Assembly (NCBI GenBank): GCA_036960305.1
Contig: JBALWA010000007.1
Coordinates: 14,126 to 78,125, forward strand
DNA: 64,000 bases
Direction of reading: 5' to 3'
DNA from: Halioglobus sp.
GTDB lineage: Bacteria > Pseudomonadota > Gammaproteobacteria > Pseudomonadales > Halieaceae
The translations under genes and the position numbers were made by a program. Below are positions 62,872 through 64,000 of the stretch, one piece after another (the first letter of the stretch is position 1; each line of letters begins with the position of its first letter). The notes beneath the pieces were generated by a model. The model was not told where the DNA came from. It did no database searches and worked only from the letters and a program-made list of their open reading frames with translations.

Positions 62872-64000
62872 CTACCCTCCCCAGCGCTTAACAAACCGGA
62901 TGCCGTATTCCCGAGGACGATTGGTATAGGTTTTCTGCACATGCGGCCGTCCCTCAGCAACATTAGCCATACCCCACTCAAACAGCCCGCTCTCGTTGGT
63001 ATAAACGGCGCGCTCATCCGTCAGGTTGTTCACGAACAGGGAGACATCCCATGAATTACCGCGAACACCGAGGATAAGGTCACCGATATTATAGGAATCA
63101 TTTTTCAACTGGGGGTTTGGGCTACTGCCATCGGCCGGCGTCTCTTCCAATGTATTGACGCTGGCGCCGGTATAAGACCACTGCAGTCGGGCGTAAACTG
63201 ATTCACCGTAGTTTTGAATGGGCCGCTCGTAGTTAAGCCAAGCCGCACCGGTCCAGTCAGGCGTGATAGGTAGATTCTGACCCTTGACCACATTCGGTAT
63301 GCCGTCACCATCCAGATCCTCCGTGGCATCATTTTCCGCTTCCAGCCACTCTGCATTCATACCGAAGACAAAGTTCTCGTTGATCGCCCAATCAAACTCC
63401 ATCGAAGCGCCGAGAATGTGCGCGTCGCCGACATTGGCCACTACTTTTTGCCAGGGCTGGCCGCACAAACCTGGAATATCATCCCCGTCAGGACAGGCGA
63501 TGTAACTGGGATCAACCAGTTCCAACTGGTAATCCTCCCAGTCCATATAGAACAGGGTGATGTTGGCGCGACCGGCGCCACCAAACAGGGTGGTTCTAGC
63601 ACCTGCCTCATAGTTGGTCATCTTGTCAGCGCCGAAGTTAACTGGGAAGAAGGGCTCGCCCCGGCTGCGGTTGGTACCTCCCGGGCGATAGCCTTCGGTC
63701 CACAGGGCATAGCCCATCACATCATCGGTAAAGTTATAGGCTACCGACAGTTTCGGGCTGAACTCGGTTTCAGACCCTTTGTGCTCGGGTACTCCGTCGG
63801 CAAACTCTTCCGAGGTATAGCTGCTGGGCTGCTGGACAAAATACAGATTGGTATTATCCCGGTCAAAATAACGCCCACCGAAAGTCAGGTCCAGTTTCTC
63901 GCTGGCATGCCACACGACTTCACCGAAGACTGCCATCTGTTGCCACTCGGTAGCGCTCTCCTCGTACCAGGTTAACCGCGCGTCCGGGAGTGTTTCACCG
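62872..64000 (-). CDS. TonB-dependent receptor, C-terminal barrel portion (N-terminus beyond window)
   Basis: The frame stays open past the listed Met at 63936 to nt 64000 (…TWYEESATEWQQMAVFGEVVWH…). Barrel motifs LTFGGRYFDRDN and GYRPGGTN, with terminal YGIRFVKRWGG. Confidence 0.85.
   Translation of the reverse strand, partial: GETLPDARLTWYEESATEWQQMAVFGEVVWHASEKLDLTFGGRYFDRDNTNLYFVQQPSSYTSEEFADGVPEHKGSETEFSPKLSVAYNFTDDVMGYALWTEGYRPGGTNRSRGEPFFPVNFGADKMTNYEAGARTTLFGGAGRANITLFYMDWEDYQLELVDPSYIACPDGDDIPGLCGQPWQKVVANVGDAHILGASMEFDWAINENFVFGMNAEWLEAENDATEDLDGDGIPNVVKGQNLPITPDWTGAAWLNYERPIQNYGESVYARLQWSYTGASVNTLEETPADGSSPNPQLKNDSYNIGDLILGVRGNSWDVSLFVNNLTDERAVYTNESGLFEWGMANVAEGRPHVQKTYTNRPREYGIRFVKRWGG

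Noticed and set aside
1-64000. A window-wide search for CRISPR repeats, tRNA or rRNA genes, IS elements or integrases, toxin-antitoxin pairs and known defence-system architectures.
   Set aside because: There are no spaced direct-repeat arrays. No intergenic gap has a tRNA-like cloverleaf or rRNA similarity. No transposase, recombinase, nuclease-helicase or ATPase-type defence ORFs are present. The only small-gene pair (P-II/CBS) is regulatory in type.

Overview
This is a gene-dense chromosomal segment with about 50 protein-coding genes and short intergenic gaps. I see no rRNA, tRNA, CRISPR array, transposase, integrase, phage gene or recognisable defence system. The gene content looks like a marine polysaccharide-degrading gammaproteobacterium (Cellvibrionales-like), but that taxonomic guess is inference only: three TonB-dependent receptors, GH26-like, GH39 and clan GH-A hydrolases, two ThuA proteins, DUF1080, a PVC-type heme-binding dehydrogenase and many flavin, SDR and Fe-S oxidoreductases.

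Blocks in order:
- 1-1507: DUF1538-like membrane protein, P-II-like protein and CBS protein, forming one operon that is cut by the window edge.
- 1.8-7 kb: IlvD/Edd sugar-acid dehydratase, TonB receptor and lactonase.
- 7-13 kb: a six-gene minus-strand redox operon (Dabb, LLM, OYE/FadH-like, VOC, quinone oxidoreductase, TetR).
- 13.3-20 kb: exported PVC-type heme dehydrogenase, ThuA, GH26-like, DUF1080 and a truncated ketose-epimerase remnant.
- 20-26.7 kb: FAH hydrolase, SDR, mutarotase, FAD/Fe-S 2-hydroxyacid dehydrogenase and SDR. Together with the 1.8-7 kb genes these form a complete non-phosphorylative diketo-hydrolase sugar route.
- 26.7-34 kb: GH-A hydrolase, a second ThuA, GH39, GPH symporter and epimerase.
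- 34-38 kb: AAE transporter, then a GMC flavoprotein with a Tat small subunit.
- 38-46 kb: PhyH-like dioxygenase, Baeyer-Villiger monooxygenase, DUF1214-like protein, TonB receptor and TetR.
- 46-50.4 kb: CDGSH-glutamate-synthase-like fusion, pirin, glutathionyl-hydroquinone reductase and LysR.
- 50.4-56 kb: Rieske oxygenase, MatB-like ligase, acyl-CoA ligase and hydrolase.
- 56-60.4 kb: two PuuB-like oxidases and a PuuA-like ligase.
- 60.4-64 kb: Asp/Asn beta-hydroxylase-like protein, NTF2-AraC regulator, an unknown protein and a third TonB receptor that runs off the window.

Nothing here is demonstrably a new system. The least explained items are the PVC-heme/ThuA/DUF1080 exported cluster, the DUF1538/P-II/CBS module, a recurring TTTACRT-N10-ATGTAWA inverted repeat upstream of three unrelated transcription units, and the CDGSH-GltS fusion module. 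All family calls come from motif recognition by eye; no searches were run.
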